Source: Octopus vulgaris
Lineage: Eukaryota
Assembly: GCA_951406725.2 (NCBI GenBank)
Contig: OX597817.1
Coordinates: 16,988,001 to 17,052,000, forward strand
Length of the DNA stretch: 64,000 nt
Reading direction: 5' to 3'
The notes under the pieces are model-generated. The model did no database searches, was not told where the DNA came from, and saw only the letters and a list, made by a program, of their open reading frames with translations. Both the position numbers and the translations under genes were made by a program. This document shows positions 51,913-64,000 of this stretch, in pieces; position 1 is the stretch's first letter, and every line of letters starts with the position of its first letter.

Positions 51913-52336
51913 CAAGGAGTTGCTGATAAGTTCCTGACTTTGGGTAAAAGAAAGTACAGGAGGATCAGTTATGATTTTATTCAACATATTCCTCTCTCAG
52001 ATTCACACACATATATTTTAATTACTACCCACAAGGGGCTAAACACAGAGAGGACAAACAAGGACAGACAAACGGATTAAGTCGATTACATCGACCCCAG
52101 TGCGTAACAGGTACTTAATTTATCGACCTCGAAAGGATGAAAGGCAAAGACGACCTCGCCGGAATTTGAACTCAGAACGCAATGGCAGACGAAATACGGC
52201 AACGCATTTCGCCCGGCGTGCTAACGTTTCTGCCAGTTTTTCTAAGCCCTGTAAAAGAACTCAGAAGGTCGGGGCCCCAACCAAGCCTTTCGCAATACCC
52301 TTAAAGCCAGGAACTTTTTTTGCACCCCTTTCCCCG
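51913..52336. mobile_element. mariner-type MITE M1 with nested SINE B (52020-52237, minus)
   Basis: TA-flanked ends match M1; SINE B reverse copy inside. Confidence 0.8.
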
Positions 52337-52505
52337 TATGTGTGTATATACAATAGACTGCAAGTGAGTCGACACTAGGAATGTGCATATAAAGTGTGCA
52401 TCCTTGTATTATGTTACAATCCAGCTGACACATGCTTACAATGAAAACATACTAAATTTGATCCTGCATGGTTTCCTTATCCTTGTTTGCTTCTGCATTT
52501 CTTCA

Positions 52506-52890
52506 TCTCTCTCTATATAAACGGCAGTTTGTCTGTGCGTGTTTCTGTGTGTCTGTTTGCTTGTACCCTCACCCTGACCACGGCTTTCAACCGATTCTGA
52601 TGAAACTTGACACACACATAGCCCAATGTCATAATTCAAAACTAACGCAGCGAAAATTTTGAAAAGTTCCCCCAGTTCTGAAAAAAATCGATAAATTCGA
52701 CATGGGGTCGAGAATCAGAGACCCAAACCACAGACCGTCTAGGGGACGCAACTCCACCTTTTTTAACTCTCAAAAAAAATTTACCATCATTTTTTTTCCA
52801 TTTTTTTGCTATTTTTTGGCTATAACTCTCTAAAAATGCTTTATAGTTATTTCCCTTACAAACCTGAGCAACGCCGGGCGATACTGCTAG
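52506..52890 (+). mobile_element. non-autonomous Helitron
   Basis: A|TC start, hairpin CCTGAGCAACGCCGGG, GATACTGCTAG|T end. Confidence 0.85.
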
Positions 52891-53144
52891 TTTAACATAA
52901 ATAGATTCTAATTGTTTACTTTGATTATCATGAAAAATGCAAATCTATTTGTGCTTAATTATTTCAGATAACATTTAAATAAAAAAAATTGATTGGCAAA
53001 AATGAGTTCAAAAATTTTATCTAACGAACAGTTAAAATGAAAAAATAAAATTGTATGTGTGTGTTTGCATATCTGTTTATGTGTGTTTACATTGTATATG
53101 TATGTGTGTGTGTTTGTATATGGGTGTGTTAATATATTTAATTA

Positions 53145-53309
53145 GGTTAATATATTTAGTGCACCAATTTATTTATTCATGCTATTTCAAAATGTAGTTT
53201 AGATAAAACTTAATATATATACATTACGTTTTATTCCCCACCTCCGTATTCTTAAATAATAGTAATTACCTCACAAATAAGAATGAATTAGTGTACTAAA
53301 TATATTAAC
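53145..53309. mobile_element. small MITE-like inverted repeat
   Basis: GTTAATATATTTAGTGCACCAATT / AATTAGTGTACTAAATATATTAAC. Confidence 0.5.
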
Positions 53310-53488
53310 ATAATTACTCAAGCTATCTGTTCTTTATTTTCAGTTGAATGTGGCTAGCTATGAATTTGTTCTTGTGAAAACTGGAGGCATGGTTATTTTT
53401 CCTCTTTTCCTTCAAGATGTTTTCTGAAAAATTTACCTTTTGAAGTAAGTATATTATTTTGATCTACTTTTGTAAAAAAGATTATATA

Positions 53489-53900
53489 GGCGCAGGAGTG
53501 GCTGTGTGGTAAGTAGCTTGCTAACCAACCACATGGTTCCGGGTTCAGTCCCACTGTGTGGCATCTTGGGCAAGTGTCTTCTGCTATAGCCCCGGGCCCA
53601 CCAATGCCTTGTGAGTGGATTTGGTAGACGGAAACTGAAAGAAGCCTGTCGTATATATGTATATATATATATAAGTGTGTGTGTATGTGTTTGTGTGTCT
53701 GTGTTTGTCCCTGCCAACATCGCTTGACAACCGATGCTGGTGTGTTTACTTGCCCGTCACTTAGCGGTTCGGCAAAAGAGACCAATAGAATAAGTACTAG
53801 GTTTACAAAGAATAAGTCCCGGGGTCGATTTGCTCGACTAAAGGTGGTGCTCCAGCATGGCCGCAGTCAAATGACTGAAACAAGTAAAAAGAGGAAAGAG
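53489..53900 (+). mobile_element. SINE family A
   Basis: full-length copy. Confidence 0.9.
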
Positions 53901-54331
53901 TATAAGACTAAACAATTATAGCTGCTTGTTTAAACTTAAGATTTAATAGCTTCTCAGTTAAATTCTTATTTACATAAACTCACAAAATTAAATAGAAAAA
54001 TCACGGATTAGGCATGCGTTCCAGTGGCCGTTTTGTTTAGGTTTTTTGTTATTAGTTTGGCTCAGAAGAAGCGACTGCACTCCTGTCCTTTGCAAACCCT
54101 CCAAAGCAGTGAGACTGATGCAGTTTGATGCTTTGCTTGCATTAATGTTGCAAGTCAACAACTGCAGCAAAAACAGGAGATTCCAGCAAGGCAATTTTCT
54201 AAGAAGAAAGGACTGTGCATAGGGATTAGCATGGGGCCTGAGGAAGAAGAGTGACTAATGAGTTGAGATTACCTTAGCTGTAGTGGCAAGAGACAATCCA
54301 TCTCTGAGACACGTAGACCATTGTAGTTTAA

Positions 54332-54754
54332 CCCTTTAGTGTTCAGATTATTCTGTCAAATGTGATATTTGTTTATTTATATTGTTTTTAATTAATCATG
54401 TTAGTTAGTTAGTTAATTTGGCTCAAAAGCAAATAGCAAAGCCATGTAGGGGGACATGGAGTTAAGTACAGGGTGGTGTTCATGTAAAGAGTTCAGGCCA
54501 CTTGAGGTCCAGGGAGGCTTTGAACAAAGCGGTCGTCGGCATCTTCACCATCTCGTCTGGCAGCTTGTTCCACGGATCCGCAACCCGGACGGAGAAAGCT
54601 CCTCTCCTTCGATATTATCTTGTAGTTTAGAGATTTCAGTGATGTGATTTTTAAAGTTTTAGAATGACATGGTAGGGCTGAGGTAAGAGGCGAACTCTGG
54701 TCACTTACAATATAAAACGGGTTAAATACTCTGGCCGGTTTGAATGCTAAAGGG
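54332..54754. mobile_element. piggyBac-like MITE P2 with nested CR1 fragment
   Basis: TTAA-CCCTTTAG..CTAAAGGG-TTAA. Confidence 0.8.
54401..54612 (-). mobile_element. 5'-truncated CR1-clade LINE 3' end with (TAAC)n tail
   Basis: RRRGAFSVRVADPWNKLPDEMVKMPTTALFKASLDLKWPELFT*, typical CR1 ORF2 C-terminus. Confidence 0.8.
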
Positions 54755-55866
54755 TTAATAGAAAAGATAGAGAGAGGAGGCCGCTTGTCTGTGGATGAGA
54801 AATTGGGAATAACTTAATGCCAATCAGTTCTGTGTCTCTCTTTCTCTCTCTGGATGAAATCTAGGAGGTTTGTAAACAGCAGTACCATCCCAAATGTGAA
54901 AAAAACATCACTCTATTGTGGTCTCACCTGATCTTTGTTGAGGGTTAAGAGTAGTTTGTTTATACATAATTGAAAAATTTTGTGTGAAATAAGCTCACAC
55001 AATGTCTATTGCTTGGTTTTGATTCCTGATTGTTTCCAGCTCGCTTATGTTTCTAATTCTCATTTTACCTGTCACCGCGTATAGTAGCAATCATCATTTA
55101 TTCATCGATATCACTAATTACAAATATACACTGCCATATGAACATATTTAAATAAGACACTGGCAAGCCAAGCCCAATTAGAAACCATCATTTCTAAGCT
55201 CTTGAACATAGCTGAATTTATTGGCATGAAGCCTACAATTTAAGTGAAGAAGAAATGAGAAGTTATGATTTTCCTGGTGGGTTTTTTTTGTTTTTGTTTT
55301 TGCTACTTTCTTTTTCTAACGTCATTAATAATGCAAAGACAATAAAATAGCTTTAACAGAACATCAAGACTAGGTCACACACTTCTTGGGAGATTTACTT
55401 TCGTTTTTATCTATACACATTGTGCAAGCTTACACATTATCATTACTGTTTCAATGCCTACTTTTTCTATGTCTGCATGAGTCAGATGGAATTTGTTGAA
55501 GTAGATTATGGCTGGATGCTTTTCTTGAGGCCAACTCTTACCCATTTCCATTTAAGGTGTTATTATCCCTTGGCCAGACATGCATGATGGTGACGATTAC
55601 TTACAAACACCACACAATGTCAAGACAAGAAAACACACACACACACACACACATACATACACGAGCTGAGCTTCTTTCAATTTCTGTCTTTCAAATTCAC
55701 TCACATGACCTTGATTGGGTTAGGGTACAGTACAAAAAGCACTTGAGAAGGGAACTTCACAACATATCCATTTCAGAAATTTCAGTGTCATGATGAGCAG
55801 CAGATGGTAGGATTATTAGAGAGCTAAGAGTTCAAATTATACCAGCTGCCACATGGTAGAAAAGAA

Positions 55867-56120
55867 GGCGGCGAGCTGGCAGAGAAGATGGCGAGCTGGT
55901 AGAAACGTTAGCACGCCGGGCAAAATGCGTACCCATATTTCGTCTGTCGTTACGTTCTGAGTTCAAGTTCCGCCGAGGTTGACTTTGCCTTTCATCCTTT
56001 CGGGGTCGATAAATTAAGTACCAGTTACGCACTGGGGTTGATGTAATCGACTTAATCCCTTTGTTTGTTCTTGTTTGTCCCCTCTATGTTTAGCCCCTTG
56101 TGGGCAATAAAGAAATAAGA
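55867..56120 (+). mobile_element. SINE family B with duplicated 5' end
   Basis: GGCGGCGAGCTGGCAGA repeated twice at the head. Confidence 0.9.
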
Positions 56121-56563
56121 AAGGGTTTACTCTTCATTTTGTACCTCCACTTTTTTTTGTGAGGGCAGGGTCTGGGCAAGACTTGCTGCTGAGGCAGCAG
56201 TCTACACCTTGATGCCCTTTCTCACATCACCCTTTGTCTTCATGTACAGTACTTTATTCCATGTCTTCACACATTGAACCTCAAAGCTACTGGACATTTT
56301 GCCTCATGCAGGACTTAATGTCACTGCTGCCTAAAATAGTGTCAGTGTGCCAATACATTGGGACATGTAAATATGTATTCACACACACACACACACACAC
56401 ACACACGGCCAGAAGACATGCATCGAAATATTTGACGCTTTTTATATTATGTTATCATTTTGTTCATCATGTACAAAGTACGTGTGTATTCATCATTTTT
56501 TATTTATCTTGCTTCGATTTTATAAAAATTGACCTGGGACTGTCTTTGACAGTCCCAGATCAT

Positions 56564-56803
56564 ATTTATTTCTTTATTACCCACAGGTTGGGAGGGCTAA
56601 ACATTGAGGGGACAAACATGGACAAAGGGATTAAGTCGATTACATCGACCTCAATGTGTAACTGGCACTTATTTAATCGGCCCCAAAAGGATGCAAAGCA
56701 AAGTCGACCTCGGCATAATTTGAACTTAGAACATAATGGTAGATGAAATACTGCTAAGCATGCATTTCGTCCAGTGTGCTAACGATTCTGCCAGCTCGCT
56801 ACC
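56564..56803 (-). mobile_element. SINE family B
   Basis: TSD TCCCAGATCATATT on both sides. Confidence 0.85.
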
Positions 56804-57318
56804 CAAATCCCAGATCATATTGAACTTATTTTGTGCATGACTTTTGGCCCAACCTGTATATGCATATAGAAGGTTTTATAGTTAAAGACATTTGCCCAAG
56901 GTGTTATGCATGGAGCTGAATCTGAAACTACTTAGTGATAAAGTGGATTCATAAATCATGCAGCTATGCTATGCCATTAATATACAGTAAGCAGTTCCCT
57001 ATGTTCCTTCTCCTCTACATTTGTGGCCTTGTGCCAATGTACACTATCAGTGTCAGCAGGTACAATGATAGTAAGAAAAAAAAAGATACATTTGTATTAT
57101 TTAATCTCCATGTTCTAACCCAAGTTGGACAGGTTGACAGGATCTGATGGGTCGAAGGACTGCATCATGCTCCGATATCTGCTTTGGCATGGTTTCTATG
57201 GTTGGATACCTTTCCAAATGCCAACCATTTTACATGTACTTGGTGCCTTTTTTTCTTGTGTATGAGTGTGTGTGCGTGCACATCTGTGCCAAACACCAAC
57301 TACTTCAAATGTAGAATG

Positions 57319-57364
<46 letters not shown>

Positions 57365-58012
57365 ACGCATGTGTGTGCATCTGTGCCAAACACCAACCAC
57401 TTCAAATGTAGTCCTGTGTGCGTGCATTCACGCTTATAGCACTAATGAGGTAACTATGTGGTTCACAGGACTGCAACCTAAGGGGATGAGGTGGGGGCAG
57501 ATTTATGCTGAGAGATGAGGGCTAAGATATTAGAAAAAGGGGCAGAGTAGGTTCTTGTTGTAGAGGTGTTCCATGGCTACTCACATTTAGAAAAGGGGGT
57601 TAGAATGATCAGTAAGAGCTGAAGAGAGATAGTGGTGATGAGGTGTCCTGGTGGCCCCTTCGATGTAGGAGTGGGAACAGAGACTAGGAGAATGTGATAG
57701 GTGGGGGCTGCAAATGCATAGGGAAGCAAGAGACAATGGAATGTAAGAAGAGAATGGGGAGGAATGCAACACTGGTGAAGATTGGGTAGGGTTGAAGAGT
57801 GAGTATAGGGGGTGGCCAATGATGGATGAGTTGGGGAAGATAGAGGAGATGCAGAAGAGAGCAGTAGGATAGCAATAATGATGATACAGTTGACAGGAGG
57901 AATTTCCTTTCCAACTGTAAAAGAAATAAGAAAAGCAAAATGTCCTTGGTAGATATATTTCAGTGGTAGAGGGGATAAAGTAAATTCCCTCCTGAACTAT
58001 TGCACAAATCAT

Positions 58013-59060
58013 GCAAGTGTGGATGTGTGTTTTAGAATCTTGCTTCCCAACTGCATGGTTCCTGGTTCAATCCTGCTGTGTGGCACCTTGGGCAAATGTC
58101 TTCTACTATAACTTCAGGCCACCCAAAGCCTTGTGAGTGGATTTGTTAAACTGAAAGAAGCCCATCATATACATATTTCTTTACTACCCACAAGGGGCAA
58201 AACACAGAGGGGATAAACAAGGACAGACAAACGGATTGTCGATTATATCGACCCCAGTGCGTAACTGGTACTTAATTTATCGACCCCGAAAGGATGAAAG
58301 GCAAAGTTGACCTCGGCGGAATTTGAACTCAGAACATAGTGGCAGATGAAATACCTATTTCTTTACTACCCACAAGGGGATAAACAAGGACAGACAAACG
58401 GATTAAGTCGATTACATCAACCCCAGTGCATAACTGGTACTTAATTTATCGACCCCGAAAGGATGAAAGACAAAGTCGACCTCGGCGGAATTTGAACCCA
58501 GAACGTAATGGCAGATGAAATACGGCTACGCATTTCGCCCGGCGTGCTAACGTTTCTGCCAGCTCGCCCCCTTTATATATATCATATATATGTATATAAA
58601 ACTCTAGTTGTGTGAGTGTCTGTCCCCTTCGATTTAGATTCAGTTGGCGTCCACGCTCACAGCTGCACCTGTTTGCTTCTCCCCCTTCCCTCCCTCGTGA
58701 AGCTGTGGGGAAGGGAGTGTAAGGAAATCAACGTCGCAATGCGTTGTCAAGGAGACCAAATGCTTATATAGTTATTTCCCTTACAAACCCGAGCAACGCC
58801 GGGCGATACTGCTAGTATATGTATATATCTATGTGTTTGTGTGTGTCTTTGTGCCAGAGTTTGTCCCCCACCACTGCTTGGCAACCGGTGTTGGTGTGTC
58901 TGCATCCCTGTAACTTAGCAGCTGAGCAAAGAGACCAGTAGAACAAGTACCAGGCTCAAAGGAAAATATAAGTACTGGGTCAGTTTATTTGACCAAACAT
59001 TTTTCAAGGCAGTGCCCCAGCATGGCCACAGTCTAATGATTGAAACCAGTAAAAGGAAAG
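58013..59060 (+). mobile_element. old SINE A hosting a SINE B dimer (58175-58570, minus) and a Helitron (about 58585-58815)
   Basis: SINE A head at 58013-58170 and tail at 58816-59060 are separated by the nested elements. Confidence 0.85.
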
Positions 59061-59204
59061 CTAAAAAGATCTACCAAAATCAAGTTTTGTACGAGTGAAT
59101 TATCCTTGATATTTGTTATAACAGTGAGTAGAAAATAACTGAGGTAAAATAGCAAGAATAAGATACAAATTATAGCTAAACAACATAAAAATGATATTTT
59201 ATCA

Positions 59205-59585
59205 TCTTTTACTTGATTCAGTCATTAAACTGAGGCCGTGCTGGTACTTATTCTATCAATCCTTTTTGTTAAACCACTAAGTTACAGAGATGTAAACGCA
59301 TCAATACCAGTTGTCCAGTAGTAGTGGGGGACAGATACAAAGACACACACACGGCAGGCTTCTTTCAGTTTCCATCTATCAAATCTACTCACAAGACCTG
59401 AGACTGTAGTAGAAGACACTTGTCCAAGGTACCACACACACGACAGGCTTCTTTCAGTTTCCATCTACCAAATCTACTCACAAGACCTGAGACTATAGTA
59501 GAAGACACTTGCCCAAGGTACCACACAGTGGGGCTAAACCTGGAACTATACAGTTGAGAAGCTAGCTTCTTACCACAAGGCCATG
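59205..59585 (-). mobile_element. old SINE family A with internal ~90-bp tandem duplication
   Basis: CAGGCTTCTTTCAGTTTCCATCTA..GTACCACAC occurs twice. Confidence 0.75.
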
Positions 59586-59891
59586 CTCACAAAAAAAAAT
59601 AAATAACTTGGGATGTAGAAATATTTAAAGAATAAGTAACCTATATATGTAAGGACTTTTACAGCTTGCATATTGAGGAAGTATTTGTATATTAGCTTGT
59701 ATATTGAAGTAGTATTAGATGGATTACCTAAAAGAAATCTGCCAGTATGGCTTCTTATGAAAAACTGGAATACATTTAATGAAGATAGAGCTTCTTATAA
59801 TGTGAAAGAGGAAGTTAAGTGACCTTTATATATTTCAGGCTCAAGGGCCCATGTTTTTAAGCCATTTTTTCCTATTTATTACTTTACTTTA

Positions 59892-60298
59892 GGCGCAGGA
59901 GTGGCTGTGTGGTAAGTAGCTTGCTAACCAACCACATGGTTCCGGGTTCAGTTCCACTGCGTGGCATCTTGGGCAAGTGTCTTCTACTATAGCCCCGGGC
60001 CGACCAATGCCTTGTGAGTGGATTTGGTAGACGGAAACTGAAAGAAGCCTGTCGTATATATGTATATATGTATATATATATACATGTGTGTGTGTGTTTG
60101 TGTGTCTGTGTTTGTCCCCCTAGCATTGCTTGACAACCGATGCTGGTGTGTTTACGTCTTCATCACTTAGCGGTTCGGCAAAAGAGACCGATAGAATAAG
60201 TACTGGGCTTACAAAGAATAAGTCCCGGGGTCGATTTGCTCGACTAAAGGCAGTGCTCCAGCACGGCCGCAGTCAAATGACTGAAACAAGTAAAAGAG
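59892..60298 (+). mobile_element. SINE family A
   Basis: full-length copy. Confidence 0.9.
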
Positions 60299-61260
60299 TT
60301 ACTACAATGCTATCCTTATATCTAATAATATTTAGTTGAAAATTCAAATGGCCATGGTTATTATACTTGTGGAACTGTGTTTTAAAATATAGTTCTAAAA
60401 TTTGGTGTGAAGTGCATAAGAGAAAATTTTGATATAGAGGTTGTGTGATTTACTGTGAAATCAATAAAAATGATTTTCAAAACATTTTAAGCCAGAAAAA
60501 GGATATTTTGATTGACTAGATATAAAGATTTTCTGGCTTTTAACTGCTGTTTGACTTCAGTTTTATGTCCTGGTTACAAACCTAAGTGGATGAGGGAGTT
60601 GCATTTTATAGTTCAGTTAGATTCGAGGTTTGTATAAAGTTGGAAATTTCTCAAAATTATTAAGGAAAGAGATAAATCGTTATTATTCACACCAAATTCA
60701 GCTTTGCATTTCATTTTTACATGGTTGATAAAGCAAAATACCAGTCAAGCACTAGAGTTGATGGCATCAAATAAACCCCTGGTTTAAAAATTGCTGGCAT
60801 TTTGCCTAAATTGTTAAATTACAGGGACATAAACAAACCAAAACTGGTTGTCCAGTAATAGTGATAGGAGCACACACACACACACACACCTTGTACACAT
60901 ATAAGGTGGGCTCAACATTTCCATCTATCAAATTCACTCACAAGGCATTGATCAGCCTTGGGGCTATAGTAGACATTTGCTCAAGATAGCACACAGGGGA
61001 CAATGGATCAGCAGTGTGATAAACAATGGCTTGTAATATTTAGTTATATACCTTTGCATTCCGGGTTAATACCCCACCTGGTTCAACATTGCCTTTCATC
61101 TTTCCAAGTTGATAGCATAAGCAGTAGTCAAGTAAATCAACTTTAAGATGCTTGTCACTAATTTAAGCCTTTGTGCCTTTGTTGTAAATAAATTTTCAAT
61201 TTATTTATTCCATCAGAAGAAACAATATAGTAGCTTTTGTCATTTGTGAGTTTATGAACT

Positions 61261-61323
<63 letters not shown>

Positions 61324-61326
<3 letters not shown>

Positions 61327-61670
61327 CGGAGGTGTACTTGCATAGCGAGTGACTTGATCTGAGATTGTGTGCTGGAACGAAAACAATTGCAGCGTGGAAA
61401 GTGTTTATAAGCCATTTAAGAAACACACAAAACCGTTAGATTCACTTTAACATTTAAATTTAATTTGTCAAAATATTTGCATCGCTTTGAGACTGTGACC
61501 TGTTCACTGACAAAGCTTCGAAGCTTTGCACAAAGTTTTGTCAGTGAACAGGTTGCGGTCACAAAGCGCCGAAAATATTTTGACAAATTAAATTTAAATG
61601 TTGAAGTGAATCTAACGGTTTTGTGTGTTTCTTAAATGGCTTATAAACACTTTCCACGCTGCAATTGTTT
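61324..61670. mobile_element. inverted pair of Penelope-like repeats with variant hammerhead (family H3)
   Basis: 134-bp arms 61381-61514 and 61537-61670, (TA)n on both sides. Confidence 0.8.
61537..61587 (+). ncRNA. candidate type I hammerhead ribozyme with G3-C8 core
   Basis: stem I TTTGTCA/TGACAAA, GTGAACA, stem II GGT..GCC, GAAA, palindromic ATAT, UU. Confidence 0.6.
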
Positions 61671-61906
61671 ATATATATATAGTTCACTTTTCCATGCTTG
61701 CATAGGTGAGATGGAATTTGTTGAGGCAGATTTTCTACAACCAGATGCCTTTCTTGTTGCTGATCTTGACCTGTTTCCAAGCAAGATAATATTTCCCCAT
61801 GATCAGACATGTTTCCATGGAAGATTGGGGGAAAAAAAAAAAAGGACACTGCTTGTATGATAGTAACACTTGTTTACAACTATCCTGTGAGTTCAAGATA
61901 CACATA

Positions 61907-62088
61907 CGAGGGGGTGTTGGAAAGTTCCTAGCTTTGGGTAAAAGAAAATACAGGAGGATCAGTTAATTATGGTTATTGCAGCAATCCTTCAGTTTTTTCT
62001 AAGCCTTGTAAAAGAACTCAGAAAGTTGGACTTCCAGCCAGGCCTTTCACGATAGCCTTAAAGCCAGGAACTTTTCAGCCCCTCCTCG
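61907..62088. mobile_element. mariner-type MITE M1
   Basis: TA-CGAGGGGGTGTTGGAAAGTTCCTAGCTTT ... AAAGCCAGGAACTTTTCAGCCCCTCCTCG-TA. Confidence 0.85.
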
Positions 62089-62949
62089 TACATGCGTATG
62101 TGTGTGTTTGTGTATCATTGTCTTAATAGTTAGAAATTAACATCATTGTCATCATACAAGCAGTGTTATACATTTCCAATCTTCTATGAAAACATAGAAA
62201 ACAACCACTGGGAAACAAGGGAAGGTTGGTAATAGGAAGAATCTGCCTTAATTCTGACTCAGGCAAACATGGAAAATTGGACATTGAAATGATGAAATGG
62301 ATATGGTGGTTTCAAGTTCTTATAAACAATATAAGTATGTTTACAGGTCCTGAGTTATCAAGACCTGATCAGCTTGGAAAGTTGTAAATATCATCTTTGT
62401 ACTGTGTTGTCAGAGGGATTAAATATTGGGACATATGTTGTTAGTGTTGAAGACAGTGTGTGTTTTGTTTGCTGAAAGATTGAGCTTCTGTATTTACAGA
62501 TCCAGAGATTTGCATTTGAATTTGCCCTGTGTGTGTTTTGTCAATGACGATGGCAGATTCAATGGGTAGAGATTTGTTTGAAGATATGATTTAGAAATAA
62601 AAAAATAACATGTTGAAGAATCAATCTCAAATACAGTTGAGAGATTATTTTGTAAACTTGCTTGATCCTACCAACATAAGAAGTAGCTAAGAAAATTTAA
62701 CGGCCCTTTTCAATGTAGAGAGGGTACCCATTTATCAGTCATTTATTTTCATACATGCCATAGATATTGTGAAAGGTACTTGAAGTAAGACATGACAAAC
62801 CAGATTTTAACCAATAACCTATTGGCCTATTGTATACATTTTGTCTTCACACTAAGTAATCTCTTAAAGCTAAGCCATTTCAAGTTTCTATAGTATTAAG
62901 CCAGTGACAGCCCTTCTGGCTAAAACATTATCTCATTACAACTATACTA

Positions 62950-63508
62950 GGCGTAGGAGTGGCTGTGTCGTAAGTAGCTTGCTTACGAACCACATGGTTC
63001 TGGGTTCAGTTCCACTGCGTGGTACCTTGGGCAAGTGTCTTCTACTATAGCCTCGGGCCAACCAAAGCGTTGTGAGTGGATTTGGTAGACAGAAACTGAA
63101 AGAAGCCCATCATATATATATATATATATATATGCGCAGGAGTGGCTGTGTAGTAAGTAGCTTGCTTACCAACCACGGAAACTGTGTGTGTGTGTCTTCT
63201 ACTATAGCCTCGGGCTGACCAAAGCCTTGTGAGTGGATTTGGTAGACGGAAAATGAAAGAAGCCTGTTGTATATATGTATATATATGTGTGTGTATATGT
63301 TTGTGTGTCTGTGTTTGTCCCCTCTCCCAACATCGCTTGACAACCAATGCTGGTGTGTTTACGTCCCCGTAACTTAGCGGTTCGGCAAAAGAGACCGATA
63401 GAATGAGTACTAGGCTTACAAAGAATAATTCCTGGGGTCGATTTGCTCGACTAAAGGCGGTGCTCCAGCATGGCCACAGTCAAATGACTGAAACAAGTAA
63501 AAGAGAGT
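62950..63508 (+). mobile_element. SINE family A with duplicated 5' half
   Basis: head 62950-63130, second head from 63134 continuing to the tail. Confidence 0.85.
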
Positions 63509-64000
63509 ATATTAGCCAGTAGTGTATGTAGTTCTGGTATATTGAGTTGAAAACTGCAAGCCACCCAACCTAGTGTGTAAAACAATTAACCTTGTCTTTT
63601 GTAGTAAATTTTATACATATTTTATCAGTTCTGAAAAGTGTAGGTGTAAATCTACATAGGCAAGATTCCAACAACTGGATTTTATGTTTTGAACTTGTTA
63701 ACAAGTACTCTTTCATCTATGTCTACTTAATCACTATTCCTCATTTAACTCAGCCTAAGTTAGCTCACCTGAATATATTCTCGCTCCATTGTTGAATGGT
63801 TGGCATTAAGTAAATATATCATACTTCCAACATGTCTGATGCGTTTAAAATCATGTAATTCAATCTAGGATTGCCTGAGAGTGCTAATGTAAAAACAACA
63901 ACAACAATAATAATAATAATAATGATAATAATAATAATTTTTGATTGAATCAGAGAAGTGATTACTTATTAGTGCATTTCTACCACAACCTACTTCCTCG

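Noticed and set aside
53344-53390. Possible exon after TTTTCAG
   Set aside because: No good GT donor and no recognisable peptide.
61381-61670. Ordinary MITE explanation for the 24.3, 41.2 and 61.5 kb palindromes
   Set aside because: Arms are of unequal length, lack matched termini, and H2 also occurs as a solo non-inverted copy at 10.2 kb.

Overview
AT-rich, repeat-dense eukaryotic non-coding DNA (intron or intergenic). The repeat families resemble those of Octopus/coleoid cephalopods; this is inferred from recall, not from a database search. No intact protein-coding gene is supported, and the long ORFs in the track are microsatellite or repeat artefacts. The window holds many tRNA-derived SINEs (3-4 families), RTE and CR1 LINE fragments, a decayed Tc1/mariner transposase, several MITE families, three non-autonomous Helitrons and a 1.1 kb minisatellite. 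The main unexplained signal is three unrelated small elements carrying type I hammerhead-ribozyme folds (10.2/41.2 kb, 24.3 kb, 61.5 kb), three of four loci being head-to-head inverted pairs. One is fused to a tRNA-type Pol III head and another has a swapped G3-C8 core. In addition, two RTE-tail insertions are flanked by inverted rather than direct duplications of neighbouring DNA (17.4 kb, 37.2 kb). Boundaries were read by eye and may be off by a few bases, more for degraded copies.
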